NCBI GenBank assembly: GCA_043228905.1
Contig: JBHGNT010000017.1
Coordinates: 6,634,001 to 6,698,000, forward strand
Origin: Azolla caroliniana
Lineage: Eukaryota > Plantae > Polypodiophyta
Length of the DNA: 64,000 nt
Reading direction: 5' to 3'
Shown here: piece by piece, positions 61,588 through 64,000 of the stretch
Layout: each line of letters starts with the position of its first letter
How positions within the stretch are numbered: the stretch's first letter is position 1
Position numbers and translations under genes: made by a program
The notes under the pieces: model-generated
What the model saw: the letters and a program-made list of their open reading frames with translations, nothing else
Told to the model about the DNA's origin: nothing
Databases searched by the model: none

Positions 61588-64000
61588 GATAGCTTAAAGC
61601 AAGGAAAACTTCAATGTTGTATCCACGTGCCAACATCCCATTGGCGAGATCCCCATGAAATAGAGTCAAAAGTCTCTCCTCTCACATTGTACTCTAGTAC
61701 ACTCCAAACATTTTATTATTTTTCTATTTATGTACCCCCTATGTATGGTAATAAATAGCGTCTTGGATCTAATGGAGCATATGAGTATCTTTATCTTTCT
61801 TTCATTTTTATTTTATTTATTTTTTGAGTTATTTATATTTAGTGTGTGTTCCAAATATTGTCCACCCTAATCTCTTCCCTTTCCCACACCCTTCCAAGAA
61901 GATACATAAGTGTCTATAGAAGCATCCACCTTTAGGTATCACAACATGGTTACCATTGATCAAGCAAGTGAGAAATACACGGATTTAAATTAGAAATGTA
62001 TCATGGAGAAAAAAAGAGAGTGTAAGTAGAAAGAGATAAAGAGTGAAAGGAGAAGATATCATAAGAAAACTCCCAAATATGAAAATATGAGGTGATTCTT
62101 GGGCACATTCCAAAGTTTCTTAGTTCATAAGTAGAATCTATCTAGAGACTATTGTTGTAATTATAATGGCATTTGAAACGTCAACATGAGAATTGATGTA
62201 GGTGGGTCATGGGTGTCACTAGTGTTTGAAAAACATCTTTACCAATTGCATTTCCTTTTCATGCTCATAAATTTGCAAGAATGTAAGGAACATGTTTTTC
62301 ACCTATTTAAATATTTCTTGTTAATAAGCTCAAATATTCAAACAACATTCTATTCATGGTGGGGCCTAATTCCTTACTATGTGATAATTGTGGTGTTCAA
62401 ACCACCTAGAAATTAGTGGCAATTGAAGTTAAGTCCATTGTCATTGGCAAGAGAGAACTTAGAGTGGTCAAAGACGTCATAGTGATGAAAGTCTACTTTA
62501 GCTTTGGGTGTTGTTGGTGGCTATACATTCTATGTTAATCAACTACAAGTGTAAACAATCTAATAGTGCTATTAAACAACTCACATAATTCTCAAGTCAC
62601 TTGAGAGGAACATGTTAAAATTTATTTTTTCTTGAATGCCAAGGATAAGCACAAAATTGTTTGCATTTTTATATATAAAACGTAGCTTCATCTGCACTCA
62701 TGGATTGTACAAATAAAGATCGTCCAGAGAAGGAGTATGTAAGGAAACTTATTGGTAATTTCACTATAGAAGCCCTTTGTGAAAGAGTTGTAGGTTGCAT
62801 ATATATACATACATACTTTTTTTTCTATTTTTTTCCCAAAAAAAAACTACCCATTAGTTAGGAAGAAATACAGGAGTTATCATATGTTACAAGAGCCAGG
62901 CCTCATATAGAGCTCTGTGTATTCGATTAACTCTATAAATTTATATTGTGAACAAGTACTATTTCATCTAAAACGACAAGTGTCATGTCATTATGTGGTA
63001 AAGGGTTTTAGCTTGCAAACAAAAAATGCTTATACACATAAATATGCTTAAAAAGTAATGAAGACAAGAGACTTGGGGACAATGACAAAACCATGCAATT
63101 AAACTAAAACACTTAACAACTCTAAATATATATCAATGAACTCCAAAGTTCCAAACATCAAATAGACCACAAAAATGAAACATTCCCTAGTATATTCTAC
63201 ATCAATTAGTAGAAATTGTTTTGTACAACTAATTTTATTTACTAAATCATGCTAAGACCTAAACATTGCTTTGGTTGGAGAAGATCTCGCATTTGCTCAA
63301 GAAAGGCACTTGACACGAGGCACAAAAACATATATAAAATCTTTGATGTAGTTTCTTCCAAACACAAGTGTATCGAGGTGGCACACGTGCACTAGTTTTA
63401 ATCACCAAGTACACAAATATTAACTACTCTTTACACTAATCTAATGAAGAAATGTAATTAATAGAACTGGTTCATATGCGTTGATATGGTTGAGCATTGC
63501 TATTGTTGTGCGGCTACGTAGCTTGTATGTGAAGAATTCAACCACATTTTGTGTATTGTGAAGATCGAAGGCAGACGAGAAAAAGAAGAAATTGGCATCC
63601 ACAGGATGAATATGTAAATGCATATAAGATCTCTCATGATGGAGACGCTTGCTAGAACAAACATTGAAAGTTGCAAGAAGTATCAAATGACACAATTCCT
63701 TATTGGACAAGGATATTGGGTCTACATGGAAATAAATTTGGCTAATATGATCAACGTAACCTATTTCTTATAGGAGAAGGCAAAGGCTTTCCCATGTCTT
63801 TCAAGCATATATTGAAACTTTGACTCCTCTTTGGGAAGTAGGAACTCACCCCCACCAACTTGGTGCTTCCCTTGCGTTTTGTCAGTGAAGGTGTGACCTA
63901 CTCCTCTATGGTAAGATCTATTGCAACTTCTTTCAACCTCTACCAACTATCTTTGGGCAAGGACGCAACCACATGCTTCACCTCTTGTCCACCAATTTGT

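Overview
This is a eukaryotic land-plant genomic window, most likely from a fern. That assignment is inferred from the PPR style, the MIKC MADS type and a Tcn1-like chromovirus. Four host genes were rebuilt by hand from splice sites: TAP46 (minus strand, 8 coding exons visible, 3' end missing from the window), an intronless PLS-class E/E+ PPR gene (minus), WDR43/UTP5 (plus, 12 exons, 661 aa) and a MIKCc MADS-box gene (minus) with a long low-complexity N-terminal extension and two possible C-termini. Much of the remainder is nested, decayed transposable elements: a full-length chromoviral Ty3/Gypsy with TSD, a chimeric Copia/Copia/Gypsy composite, a three-level nest (solo LTR, TIR element, solo LTR), a hAT MITE and LINE remnants. 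The most unusual signals are (i) antisense Pol III A/B boxes at exact tRNA spacing at the start of the chromovirus LTR, (ii) a tRNA-independent, self-priming-type PBS in the same element, and (iii) an unclassified TA-target TIR transposon carrying an unrecognised ORF. Everything was read by eye and no searches were run. The region 56.5-64 kb could not be resolved.
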